Assembly: GCA_900234795.1 (NCBI GenBank)
Contig: LT962688.1
Location: 3,210,001-3,242,000, forward strand
Reading direction: 5' to 3'
Origin: Methylorubrum extorquens
GTDB taxonomy: Bacteria > Pseudomonadota > Alphaproteobacteria > Rhizobiales > Beijerinckiaceae
Length of the DNA: 32,000 nt
The notes below the pieces were generated by a model. The model did not search any database and had not been told where the DNA came from. It saw only the letters and a program-made list of their open reading frames with translations. Every line of letters begins with the position of its first letter. The first letter of the stretch is position 1. The translations under genes were made by a program, and so were the position numbers. This document shows positions 1 through 10,500 of the stretch, in pieces.

Positions 1-3000
1 GAGCCGACGATGTTGGCCTGTCCGAGCTGCGGCTTGTTCACGGTGTTCGTCGCAGTCGCGAGGATATCGCGGGCCGTGACGCGGGAATTGACCCCGAACG
101 TGGCTGTCACCGCGTGCGTGATCGTGTTGTTCACGATGGCGCCCGCACCGGCGAGGGCGCCGTAGCTGTCGGTGATGATCTGCCCGTTCATCGTGCCGAC
201 GTGATCGGCGGAGAGATAGAACAGACCGGTGCTGTCGCCGCTCTTCGTCAGGTCGATGGTGACACCGGTGCCGAGTTCGGCCCGCGTGCTGCCGCCCATG
301 CTGGTGCTGGCGCTGGCGGCGGTGCCCGAGACGAGGCCGCCGCTGCCGGAAATGCCCTTGGCGAAGTTGTCGTCGATGCCGGAGGCGGTGACGGTCATCG
401 AGCCGGCATTGAGCGCGCCGAGGGACACCACGCGGGCGCTGGTCACGGTCGCCGAATTCGCCGACGAGACGGTCGCACCGGCCGCGACGAGGCCGATGCT
501 GGCGCTGCTGGCGGTCGAGGTCTGCCGCGTGCTGCTCGTCGCGCTGACGGCGACCGCGCCGCTGACGGCCAGCACCGTGCCAACATCGATGAGGCCGCTG
601 ACCGTGCTGCTGTTCTCGGCCAGGGTCACGGTCGAGTTGAGGCCGATCAAGCCGCCGACGGAGCCGGAGGCGGTCGCCGTCGCGGAGTCGCGGCCCGCCT
701 GACGGGCGAGGTTGCCGAGCACCGACAGGCTTCCGGCCGTGATCGAGACGTTCTTCGTCGAGGCTCCGACCGTGGCGGCGACCTTGGCCTCGGCCACCGA
801 GGCACCGATCGCGGCGGTGCCGGCATTGATGCCGTGGGCCGCGGCGTTGACGGAGGGAAGCGCCGTGGCGACCACGCTCACATTCGCGGCGGAGACCGAG
901 CCGCCCTCGATGGCGGCGGTGACCGTCGGGCGCGCCTCGACCTTGGCGACGGAGCCGCCGGCCGCGAGGGCGAGCAATCCGCCGGCGACGGAGATGCCGA
1001 GCACCTGCGAGTCGATCGACGTTGTGTCACTGGCGCTGACGGCGACGTCGCCCGCGGACGTGACGCGGCTGTTGCTGATGCTGGCGCCCGTCGTGCTGGT
1101 GACGGTGTCGCCGGTGCCGGCGCCACCACCCGAAACCGAGACGCTGAAGGCCGAGACGCTGCCGGACATGGCCGCGGCCCGCGCCCGGCTCGTCAGGGTC
1201 GCGCTCTCCGTCGCGGTGACCGCGACGGAGCCGCGGGTGATGAGACCGCCGGTCGTGCCGAGATTGCGGATCGCCGCCGTGACGTTGTTGGCGATCACAT
1301 TGTCCGCCGCCGCGACGGCGAGGGCGAACGAGCCGCTGCCGAAAACGCCGAACGAGGCGGCCACCGAGGCCGCGCCGGTCTCGACGCTGAGGCTGGAGGT
1401 GTCGCGTGCCGAGACGGTCACGGTGCCGGCGGTGATCTTGTCGCCGGCTCCGTCGCCGTCGATCGCCGCGCTCACGATCGCGCCGATCCGGTTATGGGTG
1501 CCGGCACCCGCGCCTGCGGCGCTGACGGCGATGGCGCCGCCCGAGATCGCCACGGAACCGGCCGCGACCGTCGCCCGGATGGTCTGACCGGAATTGGCCG
1601 TCACGGACAGGTTGCCGCCCGCCTCGATCGTCGTGTTCTGCGATAGAGCCTCGATGAGGAGTGCGGCCGACTTCGTCGTCTTGTCCTGGCCGTTGACCCG
1701 CTGCGTGATCTCGCTGCCGATCAGGTTGGTGGCGACGCCGGTGCCGATGCTGGCTCCGACCGCGACACCGCCGATGCTGACGCCGGCCGCGAGTGCAGCG
1801 ACTTCCGCTACGATCCGGCTGTTGTTCGCGGCGGCGACCGCCACGTCACCGGCAGCATTCAGGCGGGCGTTGCTGACCCGCGCGCGGGTGGAGCCGCCGA
1901 TCATGTTGGTGGCGATGGCACCGCCGCCGGCCACCGAGACGGCGACGCCGCCGCCCGAGAGCGCCACGGCGGCCGCGGCGACGCGGGCGTTGATGCTGGA
2001 CCCGCCATTGTCGGACGGAACCGTGGCTTCGACGCGGATTCCGCCTGTGCGCGTCGTCACGGAGGCCCCGTCGACGATTGCGGTCACGGCATTGTTGATC
2101 ACGTTCAGGGCCACGGCGACGCCGATCGCCGGCGCCACGCCGACGGCGCCGCCCGCGGCTGCAATGGCCGCCGCGCCGACATCGACGTTGATCGTGGCCT
2201 GATCCTTGGCGCGAACCGTGACGTCTCCGGCGGTGACGCTCGTAGCGCTGCCGGTGATCGCCGCGTTGGTGGCAAAGCTGATCGCGTTGCCCGAGTAGCT
2301 GCCCGAGCCGGCCACACCCACCGCGACGGCCGCGCCCGTGACGACGGCGGAGGCCGCCGCGACAATTGCGTCGATGGTGCTGGAGGAGGTCGCGGTGACC
2401 GCGACCGACCCCTGTGCCGTCGCGATCGTGTCGGCGATCAGGGCCTCGACCCGGGCCCCGCCATCGGTGTCGAGCGTCGGCTGATCGAGCCGGTTGCCGT
2501 TCGCGTCGGTGGTCTTCCAGCTTCCGATGATGTTCTGGGCGCCCGAGAGACCGATCGCCACCGGAACGCTGGCGATACCCGCGCCGCCGCCGGCCGCGGA
2601 GAGCGCGACCACCTTGGCGTCGATTTCCTGGCTGCTCTTGGCGCCGACCCGCAGGCCCGCGCCGCTCGTGACACGGTTGAGGGCCGATTGCCCGGTCGCC
2701 CGCTCGATCGCCGCGCGGGTGCTCGTGGTGATGACGTTGAGGGCGCCTGCGCCGCCGCCGGCCACCTGCACGCTGACGGCGCCGGCACCGCCGACGCTGA
2801 CGGAGGCGGCCGTGGCGATCGCCTGGATCGACCCGCTGCTCTCGGCCTCGACCGCGATATCGCCGGAGGTCGTGGTGACACCGGTATCGGCGTTGCGGAC
2901 GAGCGCTTCGACCGTGTTGCCGATGCGGTTGGTCGCCATCGAGACCGAGACCGTGACGCCGACGCTGACCGCTCCGGCGCCGCCGCCCGCGATGCCCGCC

Positions 3001-6000
3001 GAACTGACGGAGGCGGTGATCGCGGAGGTATCCTTGGCGGACACGGCGATCTGCGTCGCCGTGATGCCGGTCGCGCCGTCGCCGTCGATAAAGGCGCGCG
3101 TCGCGACCGCGATGGCGTTGGAGGCGCCGGTGCCGGAGCCCGCCACGCTGACGGCCGCCGCGCCGCCGCCCTGGATCGAGGCGGACACAGCCCCGACATC
3201 CGCCCGGATCGTCTGGTTCGAGACCGCCGTCACGTCGAGCGCGTTATCGGAATTGACGCTCGCATTGCTGAGATAGGCTTGGATCTCGTTGCCGGCACCG
3301 ATGGTGTTCGCCGCCGCACCGACGCCGACCGAGACACCGACGCCCGCCGCGCCGCCGCCGCCGGCGGCCGCAGCCGCCGCGACGATCAGGGCCTGGATGT
3401 CGGCGTTCGAGCCGGCCGACACCGTGGACCTGCCGCCACGCACGATCAGCGCGCTGTTGGCGACGAAGGCATTCGTGCGCACCGTGATGACGTTCGACGC
3501 ACCGGCGCCGCCGCCGCTCACCGAGACGCCCGCGGCACCGCCGCCGCCGATGGAGACGGCCGCCGCCGCGGAGGTGGCGCGGATGCGCGCATCGTTGCGC
3601 GCGCCGACCGAAACGCCGCCGCTGCGGGTGGTCAGGCCGGCATCGACGTTAGAGATCGACGCCTGAATGCCACCCGCGATGCTGTTGATGGCGAGCGCGA
3701 AGCCGATCGCCACGCCGACGCCGGCCGCGCCGCCGCCCGCCCCGGAGAGCGAGGCGGCGCCCGTGAAAGCGGTGATCTGGGCCGTGTTGGCGGCCGAGAC
3801 GGTCACGCTGCCCGCCTTGATGCCGTCCGAACCGGCGCCGTCACCGTCGATCGTGGCCGAGGTCTCGACCCCGATGGCGTTGGCGGCCACTGAACCGGCC
3901 GCGGCACCCGCGACACCGGCCGCGCCGCCGCCCTGGATCGCGGCGGATGCCGCCACGACGGTCGCGGTGATCTTCTGGCTCGCCGTGGCCTGAACCGTCA
4001 GGGCCGCGGCGATGTCGAGGGGAGAGTTCCTGACCGAGGCCTGGACGGCCGTGGCACCGCTGCCGCTGAGGGTGTCCACGCGCTCGGCGTTCTGGCCCGT
4101 GCTCGACCATTCGCCGATGCGGTTCTCGGCACCGCTGACGCCCAGCGCGACGCCGACGCCGGCTGCACCGCCACCGCCGCCGGACGCGGCCAATGCCGAG
4201 ATGATCGCCGTGATTTCGGACGAGCCGGCCGCCGTCACCGTGAGGCCGCCGCTGCCGGTCGTGGTGATGCGGCTCGCATCCACTGTTGCGCTGACCGAGC
4301 CGAGGATCCGGTTCGAGGCGTAGGCGCCGCCGCCGGAGACGCCGACGCCGGCCGAACCGCCGCCCGCGATGCTGATCGCCGCCGCCGCTGCCGCCGCGTT
4401 GATGCGGCCGGCGCGCGAGGCGCTGACCGAGACGCCGAGCGGTCCGGTCGTGCGCAGGAGGGTGTCGGCGTTCTTGATCCCCGCTTCGACATTGCCGGCG
4501 ATGCTGTTGAGCGCCAGCGTGAAGCCGACCGCCACGGAGACACCGGCCGCGCCGCCGCCCGAGCCCGCGAGCGAGGCGGACCCTGCGAAGGCGTCGATCG
4601 TGGAGATGTCGGAGGCGCGCACCGAGACGCTGCCGGCCTCGATGCCGGTCGCACCGTCGCCGTCGATGACGGCGCGGGTTGCCACCGCGATGGCGTTCGT
4701 GACCGAGACGCCGGCCGCCGAGACGCCGACGCCGGCCGAACCGCCGCCGCCGATGGAGGCCGCCGCAGCGGCCACCTGGGCGGAGATCGCCTGAGCGGAG
4801 CTGGCCCCGACCGTCAGCGCGCCGCTCGTCTTGACGCTGCTGCCCGTGAGAAGCGCCTCGACGACGGAGCCCTGGCTCGCGGCCGCGGTATCGACGCGGT
4901 TGCGTCCTTCGCCGGACGACGTCCAGTCGCCGATCTGGTTGCCGGCAACGGACACGCCGATCGCCACGCCGACGCCGGCCGAACCGCCGAGGCCGACGGC
5001 GAGGGAGGCGGCCGCAACGAGAGCCGAGATCTTGGACGTCGCCGCGGCGGTGACGGTGACGGTGCCGCTCTGCGTGATCGCACTGGCGGCCATGACGGCC
5101 CGGGTGACGGGGCGAATGGTGTTGAAGGCGAGCGCACCGCCACCGGCGATGGCGATGCCGCCCGATCCGCCGCCGCCGATGCTGACGGCGGCCGCCGTCG
5201 TCGTCCCCGTGATGGTCGCATTGCTGAGGGCATCGACCAGGACCGCACCGGTGCCGGCGTCGATCCCGTCGCCGACATTGTTCACGCTGGCCCGGGTGGC
5301 CGCGTTGATGGTGTTGAGCGCAAGCGCGAAGCCGATCGAGACCGCGACACCGTTCGAGCCGCCGAAGGCGGCGCTGACCGCGGCGGTGAGCGCGTTGGCG
5401 GTGATGCTCGACGTATCGGCCGCCTTCACGGTGACGGCGCCGGCCTTGATCGCGTTGCTCGCGATCACGCTGCCGCCCACGCCATTGCCCTCGATGAAGG
5501 CCTGCGTGGTGACACCGATGGCGTTGATGACGGCCGTGGCGCCGCCGCTGATACCGACGGCGTTCGAGCCGCCGCCGGCGAGGCCGGCCGAGATCGCCGC
5601 GATATTCGCCTTGATGACGTTCTTTGACGTCGCCTCGACCGCCAGAGCGCCCCGCGCATCGACGCCGACGCGGGTGAGAGACGCCTCGACGACGGTGCCG
5701 CCGTTCGTGGCCAGGGCATAGCTGGTGGTGGCATCGGTGCCCGACGACGACCAGACGCCGATACGGTTTTCGGCAATGGCGGCGCCGAGCCCGACGCCGA
5801 CGGCATTGCTGCCACCGACGCCCGCGGCCAGCGACGCCGCCAGGATCGCAGCGTTGATCGCGGCCGAGGCCTCCGCCTTGACGCTGATGTCACCGCCCGC
5901 GCCGGTCGTGGTCAGCTTGCTCTCGCTCGCCTGCGCACGGGTGCTGGTGGTGATGACGTTGCGCGCATAGGTCACCGCCGCGCTGACGGGAACGGCGTTC

Positions 6001-7502
6001 GAGCCGGAGCCGGCCACGGCGATCGCGGCCGAGGCGGCGTTCGCCGTGATGGTGCCCGCCGATTTCGCGGAGATGAGGATCGCGCCGACGGTCTGCAGGC
6101 CGCGATCGACGTTCTTCACAATCGCCGAGACATCGTTGGCAATGGCGTTGAGCGCGATGCTGCCGCCGACGGCGATCGAGACGGCGTTGCCGGACGCGGC
6201 GGCGAGCGAGAGGCTCGCCGAGAGCGCCTGCGTCGTGATGGTCGAGATGTCCTGGGCCGAAATGGTGGCGCTCGCGGCCTGGAATCCGGGCGTCGCGCCG
6301 GTCTTGTCGCCGTCGATCGAGGCCGCGACCGCGAGGCCGATATTGCTCATCGCGAAGGTGCCGCCGACGCTCACCGCGCCGGCCTTGCCGCCGGCAACGG
6401 TAACGCCGGCCGCGATCGCGACGATGTCGGTCGTGATGGAGTTGTTGGCGCTCGCCGCGACGGAGAACGCCCCCGTCGTCGTGACCGGGCTGCCCACCAG
6501 CGTGGCCGAGACGTTGGCGCGGCTTCCGAGCGAGGGCGCCTCGCTCAGCGTGTGGGCCGTCTCGTCGTAGGCGGTCCAGGCACCGATCTCGTTATAGGCG
6601 ATGGCGATGCCGAGCGCGCCCGCGCCGCCATCGCCGGCCCCGCCGCCGATGGAGGCCGCGGCGCCGACGACCAGGGACTTGATCGTGGCATTGCTGCTTG
6701 CCGAAACGGTGACGTCGCCCTTCGCGTCGATCGACGCGTTCTGGCCTGTGGCCGTGGTGCTGCTGTTGATCTTGTTGACCGCGGCGACGCCGGCACCGGA
6801 CACGGCGATGCTCTTGTCGGCGCTCGCGCTCGCCGCGACGCTGGCCGCCGCGGCACGCGTCTCGATGGTGCCCTGCCGCGTCGCGTCGATGGTCACGCCG
6901 CCGGTGAGGGTCGTGACATCGGCGTTCTTCACGGTCGCCGTGACGTTGCCGCTGATCTCGTTGATCGCGACGCTGGCCGCGAGTGCGACCGCGACCGACT
7001 TGCCCTGGCCGAACGAGCCGGCCACCGAGGCCGCGCCGACATCCGACGAAATGGTCGACGCGTTCTTGGCGGTCACCGCGAGGCTGCCGGCCTCGACGGC
7101 GACCGATGCGCCGTCCGTGGCGTAAAGCTCCGCCGTGGTGGCGAGGTTGACGGCGTTGCGCGCACCCGAGCCGCCGAGGCTCGCCGTGCGCGCATCACCG
7201 GTGCCGCTGCCCGAGACGCCGACCGAGACCGTCACGGTCGTCGCATCGATATCGGCCCTGGACTCGGCGCGCACGCCAACGGCACCGGTGGACCGCACCG
7301 CCGTGCCGGCCACTGTCGCCCGCACGGCCGTGCCCGAACCGCCGATGACGTTCTGCGCGGCGGAGACCCCGAAGGCGACGCCGGTGGCCTTCCCGTCGGC
7401 CGAGCCGGCGAGAGAGTGATCGCGGCCGCGCCGGTCAGCGCGGCGATCTTGGCGCTGTCCGTGGCCGAGACCGAGAGAGACTGCCGACCTTGGCGCCGCC
7501 AT
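1..7502 (-). CDS. Giant repetitive extracellular (beta-helix / adhesin- or S-layer-like) protein, downstream part. The 3' end lies beyond the window. Probably the frame-shifted continuation of 7435..19836.
   Basis: I hand-translated the minus-strand frame whose codon first bases fall at coordinates = 2 mod 3 at more than 12 places between 1 and 7420. It always gives the same protein-like text, for example THAVTATFGVNSRVTARDILATATNTVNKPQLGQANIVG (2-119), NAIAVATRAFIDGDGATGI (~3061-3120) and ENRIGEWSSTGQNAERVDT (~4060-4125). The landmark Trp codons at 2519, 4109, 4925, 5753 and 6578 are all in this one frame. No complete ORF is listed in this frame, consistent with it running open off the left edge. 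The first in-frame ATG is at 7502, but the ~30 codons after it (MAAPRSAVSLGLGHGQRQDRRADRRGRDHS) look non-native, so the real start is probably the upstream ORF. Confidence 0.8.
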   Translation of the reverse strand, partial: MAAPRSAVSLGLGHGQRQDRRADRRGRDHSLAGSADGKATGVAFGVSAAQNVIGGSGTAVRATVAGTAVRSTGAVGVRAESRADIDATTVTVSVGVSGSGTGDARTASLGGSGARNAVNLATTAELYATDGASVAVEAGSLAVTAKNASTISSDVGAASVAGSFGQGKSVAVALAASVAINEISGNVTATVKNADVTTLTGGVTIDATRQGTIETRAAAASVAASASADKSIAVSGAGVAAVNKINSSTTATGQNASIDAKGDVTVSASSNATIKSLVVGAAASIGGGAGDGGAGALGIAIAYNEIGAWTAYDETAHTLSEAPSLGSRANVSATLVGSPVTTTGAFSVAASANNSITTDIVAIAAGVTVAGGKAGAVSVGGTFAMSNIGLAVAASIDGDKTGATPGFQAASATISAQDISTITTQALSASLSLAAASGNAVSIAVGGSIALNAIANDVSAIVKNVDRGLQTVGAILISAKSAGTITANAASAAIAVAGSGSNAVPVSAAVTYARNVITTSTRAQASESKLTTTGAGGDISVKAEASAAINAAILAASLAAGVGGSNAVGVGLGAAIAENRIGVWSSSGTDATTSYALATNGGTVVEASLTRVGVDARGALAVEATSKNVIKANIAAISAGLAGGGSNAVGISGGATAVINAIGVTTQAFIEGNGVGGSVIASNAIKAGAVTVKAADTSSITANALTAAVSAAFGGSNGVAVSIGFALALNTINAATRASVNNVGDGIDAGTGAVLVDALSNATITGTTTAAAVSIGGGGSGGIAIAGGGALAFNTIRPVTRAVMAASAITQSGTVTVTAAATSKISALVAAASLAVGLGGSAGVGVAIGVSVAGNQIGDWTSSGEGRNRVDTAAASQGSVVEALLTGSSVKTSGALTVGASSAQAISAQVAAAAASIGGGGSAGVGVSAAGVSVTNAIAVATRAVIDGDGATGIEAGSVSVRASDISTIDAFAGSASLAGSGGGAAGVSVAVGFTLALNSIAGNVEAGIKNADTLLRTTGPLGVSVSASRAGRINAAAAAAAISIAGGGSAGVGVSGGGAYASNRILGSVSATVDASRITTTGSGGLTVTAAGSSEITAIISALAASGGGGGAAGVGVALGVSGAENRIGEWSSTGQNAERVDTLSGSGATAVQASVRNSPLDIAAALTVQATASQKITATVVAASAAIQGGGAAGVAGAAAGSVAANAIGVETSATIDGDGAGSDGIKAGSVTVSAANTAQITAFTGAASLSGAGGGAAGVGVAIGFALAINSIAGGIQASISNVDAGLTTRSGGVSVGARNDARIRATSAAAAVSIGGGGAAGVSVSGGGAGASNVITVRTNAFVANSALIVRGGRSTVSAGSNADIQALIVAAAAAAGGGGAAGVGVSVGVGAAANTIGAGNEIQAYLSNASVNSDNALDVTAVSNQTIRADVGAVSASIQGGGAAAVSVAGSGTGASNAIAVATRAFIDGDGATGITATQIAVSAKDTSAITASVSSAGIAGGGAGAVSVGVTVSVSMATNRIGNTVEALVRNADTGVTTTSGDIAVEAESSGSIQAIATAASVSVGGAGAVSVQVAGGGAGALNVITTSTRAAIERATGQSALNRVTSGAGLRVGAKSSQEIDAKVVALSAAGGGAGIASVPVAIGLSGAQNIIGSWKTTDANGNRLDQPTLDTDGGARVEALIADTIATAQGSVAVTATSSSTIDAIVAAASAVVTGAAVAVGVAGSGSYSGNAISFATNAAITGSATSVTAGDVTVRAKDQATINVDVGAAAIAAAGGAVGVAPAIGVAVALNVINNAVTAIVDGASVTTRTGGIRVEATVPSDNGGSSINARVAAAAVALSGGGVAVSVAGGGAIATNMIGGSTRARVSNARLNAAGDVAVAAANNSRIVAEVAALAAGVSIGGVAVGASIGTGVATNLIGSEITQRVNGQDKTTKSAALLIEALSQNTTIEAGGNLSVTANSGQTIRATVAAGSVAISGGAIAVSAAGAGAGTHNRIGAIVSAAIDGDGAGDKITAGTVTVSARDTSSLSVETGAASVAASFGVFGSGSFALAVAAADNVIANNVTAAIRNLGTTGGLITRGSVAVTATESATLTSRARAAAMSGSVSAFSVSVSGGGAGTGDTVTSTTGASISNSRVTSAGDVAVSASDTTSIDSQVLGISVAGGLLALAAGGSVAKVEARPTVTAAIEGGSVSAANVSVVATALPSVNAAAHGINAGTAAIGASVAEAKVAATVGASTKNVSITAGSLSVLGNLARQAGRDSATATASGSVGGLIGLNSTVTLAENSSTVSGLIDVGTVLAVSGAVAVSATSSTRQTSTASSASIGLVAAGATVSSANSATVTSARVVSLGALNAGSMTVTASGIDDNFAKGISGSGGLVSGTAASASTSMGGSTRAELGTGVTIDLTKSGDSTGLFYLSADHVGTMNGQIITDSYGALAGAGAIVNNTITHAVTATFGVNSRVTARDILATATNTVNKPQLGQANIVG
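1100..7300 (-). repeat. Tandem coding repeats, period about 0.8 kb (~270 aa), roughly 7-8 diverged copies inside the giant gene
   Basis: The landmark I-G-x-W (ccaNNNccgat on the + strand) recurs at 2517, 4107, 4923, 5751 and 6576, with W-less equivalents near 1720 and 3296. The landmark I-(D/E)-G-(D/N)-(G/K) recurs at 1449-1463, 3075-3089, 3837-3851, 4653-4667, 5481-5495 and 6303-6317. Spacings are 760-830 nt or twice that. Copies are conserved at protein level and diverged at nucleotide level. Confidence 0.75.
7410..7480 (-). other. Reading-frame junction of the giant gene: two successive frame changes at C(TC)3 (7410-7416) and (TC)4 (7473-7480) tracts of the coding strand
   Basis: Frame A ends ...GGAKVGS and then gives LSRSRPRTAPRSPR-stop. 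The second frame between the tracts reads SLSVSATDSAKIAALTGAAAITL. The third frame after 7410 reads AGSADGKATGVAFGVSAAQNVIGGSG... and stays open to position 1. Removing one TC unit (or adding 1 nt) at each tract restores one continuous protein. Confidence 0.7.
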
Positions 7503-10500
7503 TGGCGCTGTCCCCGACCTTGGAATCGGTGATCTCGGCGATCGTCGATCCCTTGACCGTGTTGATCGAGAGCGCGCCGCCGCCGCTCACCGAGGCGCCA
7601 TCGCCCTTCGAGGAGATCTGCGCACCGACGGCGGCCGCGTAGGTCTGCGCGAAGATGTCGGCGCTGCGGTTCGCCGCCACGGTGACATCACCGAGGGTCG
7701 CGAGATTGGCGACCTGCGTGATCCGCGCGGCCACTTCGCTGGTGATCGCGTTGTCGGCGAGCGACAGGGCGATGGCGAGGGTCGACTTCGAGGCCGTGTT
7801 GCTCGCATCCGCGCTCAGGTTGGCCGAGAGGCCGAGGGCGACGGAGGTCGCCCGGATGACGGCGGTGTCCTTGGCCGAGACATTGATCCCGCCCGTACCG
7901 GCGGTGACCGCGTCGTCGCTGCTGCCGGTGCCGTCGATGACGGCGGAGGCCGAGGTGACGACCTTGTTGCGCACGAACAGGCCGCCGCCGGACAGCGCAA
8001 TGTTACCGTCGGTGCTGGTGCCGCCGCTGCCGCCCGTCGAAACGCCGACCGCCATGGCGGTGGCGAGCGTCCGGGCTTCGATCCGGCCGCCCGATTCGGC
8101 CTCGACCGACACCCGGCGCCCGGCGCTCAGCCGCGACTTGGTGACGTTCGCCTTCACGTCGAGCGAGCGCGCCTTGTCGGCGGCGAGGCTGCTGGTGCCA
8201 TCGACCGGGATCAGGCTGAGATTGTAGCCGATCATGTTGAAGGCGAGCGAGACGCCGATCGCCACCGCCTGGGCCGTGCCCTTGCCGACGATGACGGCCG
8301 CCGCTGCGGCCTCGACCGAGGCTGTGATGGTGGCCGCGCTCTTGGCGGAAACGGTGATGTTGCCCTGACCGCCGGTTCCATCGGTGACGCTCGGAGCCTG
8401 GCTGCCGGATGCGGTGATCCGGCTGTCGGCGATCCGCGCCTCGACGCCGCCGAGGATCGTGTTGACGCCGAAGGCGCCGCTGCCGGAGACGCCGAGATTC
8501 TTGCCGTCTTCGGTGCTCAGCAGCACGGCGATGGCGGTGGCCGCGACCTTCGCGGTGATGGTGGCGGTGTTGGCGGCGGTGACGCTGACATCGCCCGCGC
8601 TCGCCGTGAGATCGCCGATCCGGTCGAGGCCGGCTTCGAGCACGACGTCGAGGATGGTGTTGCGGGCAAAGCTGGCAGCGACGGAAATCGAGCGCGTGGT
8701 CGTCGCGGTGCCGGTCCCGCCCGCGTTGCCCGTATTGCCCGAGGTGTTCGTGCTGCCAGGGGCGCTGGTCGTGTCGGGCATGTTGTAGACCACCGCCGTG
8801 ACGGGGGCCTTCACCACGGCATTGATGGTGGACGCACTGAGGGCGTTGACGGCCACGCCGCCCGCTGCCTTGAGGCTCGTCACGTCGGCGATGGTGGCGG
8901 AGGTGCCGACACGCACGAAGTTCAGGCCGGCGACGGCGCCGACGGTGGTCGCGGCCGAGCCGATCGAGGTGACGGCGTTCTCGATGGTGGCGTTGATGGT
9001 CGCCTTGGACAGAGCCTCCACCGAAACCTTGCCGGTGGCGTTGATCGGCTGGCCCGAGATCGAGGCGGTCGCGGCGAACTGGCCGCCCTTGGCCATCTGG
9101 CTGTCGAGATCGATCCCGGCCAGCAGTTCGGCGAGGTCGAACACCGCGTTGGTGCTCGGGCTGCCGATCTTGTTGAAGGCGGCGGTGATGCCGACGGCGG
9201 TCTCGCTCGAATCGACCGTGCTGTCGATCGTGGCGGTGATCGCGCCGGTGTTGCGGGCGCCCACCGCGACATTGCCGACGGTCGCGTTCGCGGTGGCGTC
9301 GCCGAGCGGGCTGCGGTCGATCGTGGCGGTGCTCGCGCCCATCACGACGTTCGAGGCGATCACCGCCTGAGCCGCGATGGATTTCTTGTCGCCGGCCTTG
9401 GTGCCCGGCTTCAGCTTCGACTCGACCTTGCTGTTCACCGTCGCGGTGATCGTCCCGCTCTGCTCCGCCTGGACGCTGATATTGCCGGCCTTGGCGACGG
9501 TCATGCCCGTCAGCGTCGCCGTGGCGGCGCTGCGCACGTCGTTGGTCACGAGGATGCCGCTGACGGCGACGGCGTAGGGCTTCGCCGGGGTCTGGCCGCT
9601 GGTGGTGTTCGTGTTGTCGGCCGGCGGCGTCGCCGAGCCGGCGATATCCTTGCTGTCGCCGAGGTTGAGCACACCCGGCGGCAGGAATTTTACGAACTCG
9701 CGGAGATTGTTTTCCCGCCAGCCATTCGCCTCCGTATAGGCTTCGGTCTTCAGGTCGGCGACGAGCTTGGTATCGCCGAAATAGACGTAGAGCTTCTCGA
9801 CACCACCGACCTTCGCGAACACGATGTCGCCGAACGTGACGGTCTTCGAGCCCGATTCAGTCGTGTAGGTATAGTTGCCGAGGATCTTGTCGGCGAAGTC
9901 CTGCAGCACGCTCGGCTTGGTCAGGCTGGCGATCGCCGAGAGGTTGTTCAGCGAAGTGATGCTGCCGTTGCTGGTCGCCGCGATCGTCACCGCGCCGGCG
10001 GCATTGAGCGTCTTCGTCGGGTCGATGGCGGTGCCGGCCGTGTTGCTGCTGTCGATCCGCGCCACCGCCTCGGAATTCACGAGGTTGCCGGAGAGCGCGA
10101 AGCCGATCGCGTAGGCGCTCGCATCCTTGAGCACCGCCTGCGACGCACTGGCCTTGTTGGTCAGCTGGGCGTTGATCGACGCGTCCGATCGCGCGGTCAC
10201 GGCCAGCGTGCCGCTGGCGTCCGTCGTCGTAATACTGCTGCGCAGGATCTGAGCGCGCGCCCCCGACGGATCGGCATCGTTGCCGCTGCCGGCGGCGATC
10301 AGCGGCTGCCCCGTGATCGTGTCGGCGGCGCGGAACAGGATGTTCTGCTCCTTCCAGCCGATGGTGTTGAAGGCGAGCGTGATCGACACCGCGCCCTGGT
10401 CGCTGGAGGTCGCGGTCTTGGCCGTGGCGTCGATGGTCGCGGTGTTGGCCGCATCGACCTTCATTCCGCCGCCGGTGACGGTGCTGTCGACGATCTCGGC

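Noticed and set aside
1-7400. I-D-G-D-G turns in the C-terminal repeats as classical RTX repeats
   Set aside because: They occur once per ~270 aa and do not form tandem GGxGxDxUx nonapeptides. At most they are isolated Asp-rich turns. Only the three N-terminal GGxGxD units (18679-18863) resemble RTX.
7410-7480. Programmed -1 ribosomal frameshifting or transcriptional slippage at the two junctions
   Set aside because: Neither site is a canonical X XXY YYZ slippery heptamer or a long A/T homopolymer, and I see no obvious downstream pseudoknot. It is kept only as a remote possibility within the frameshift finding.
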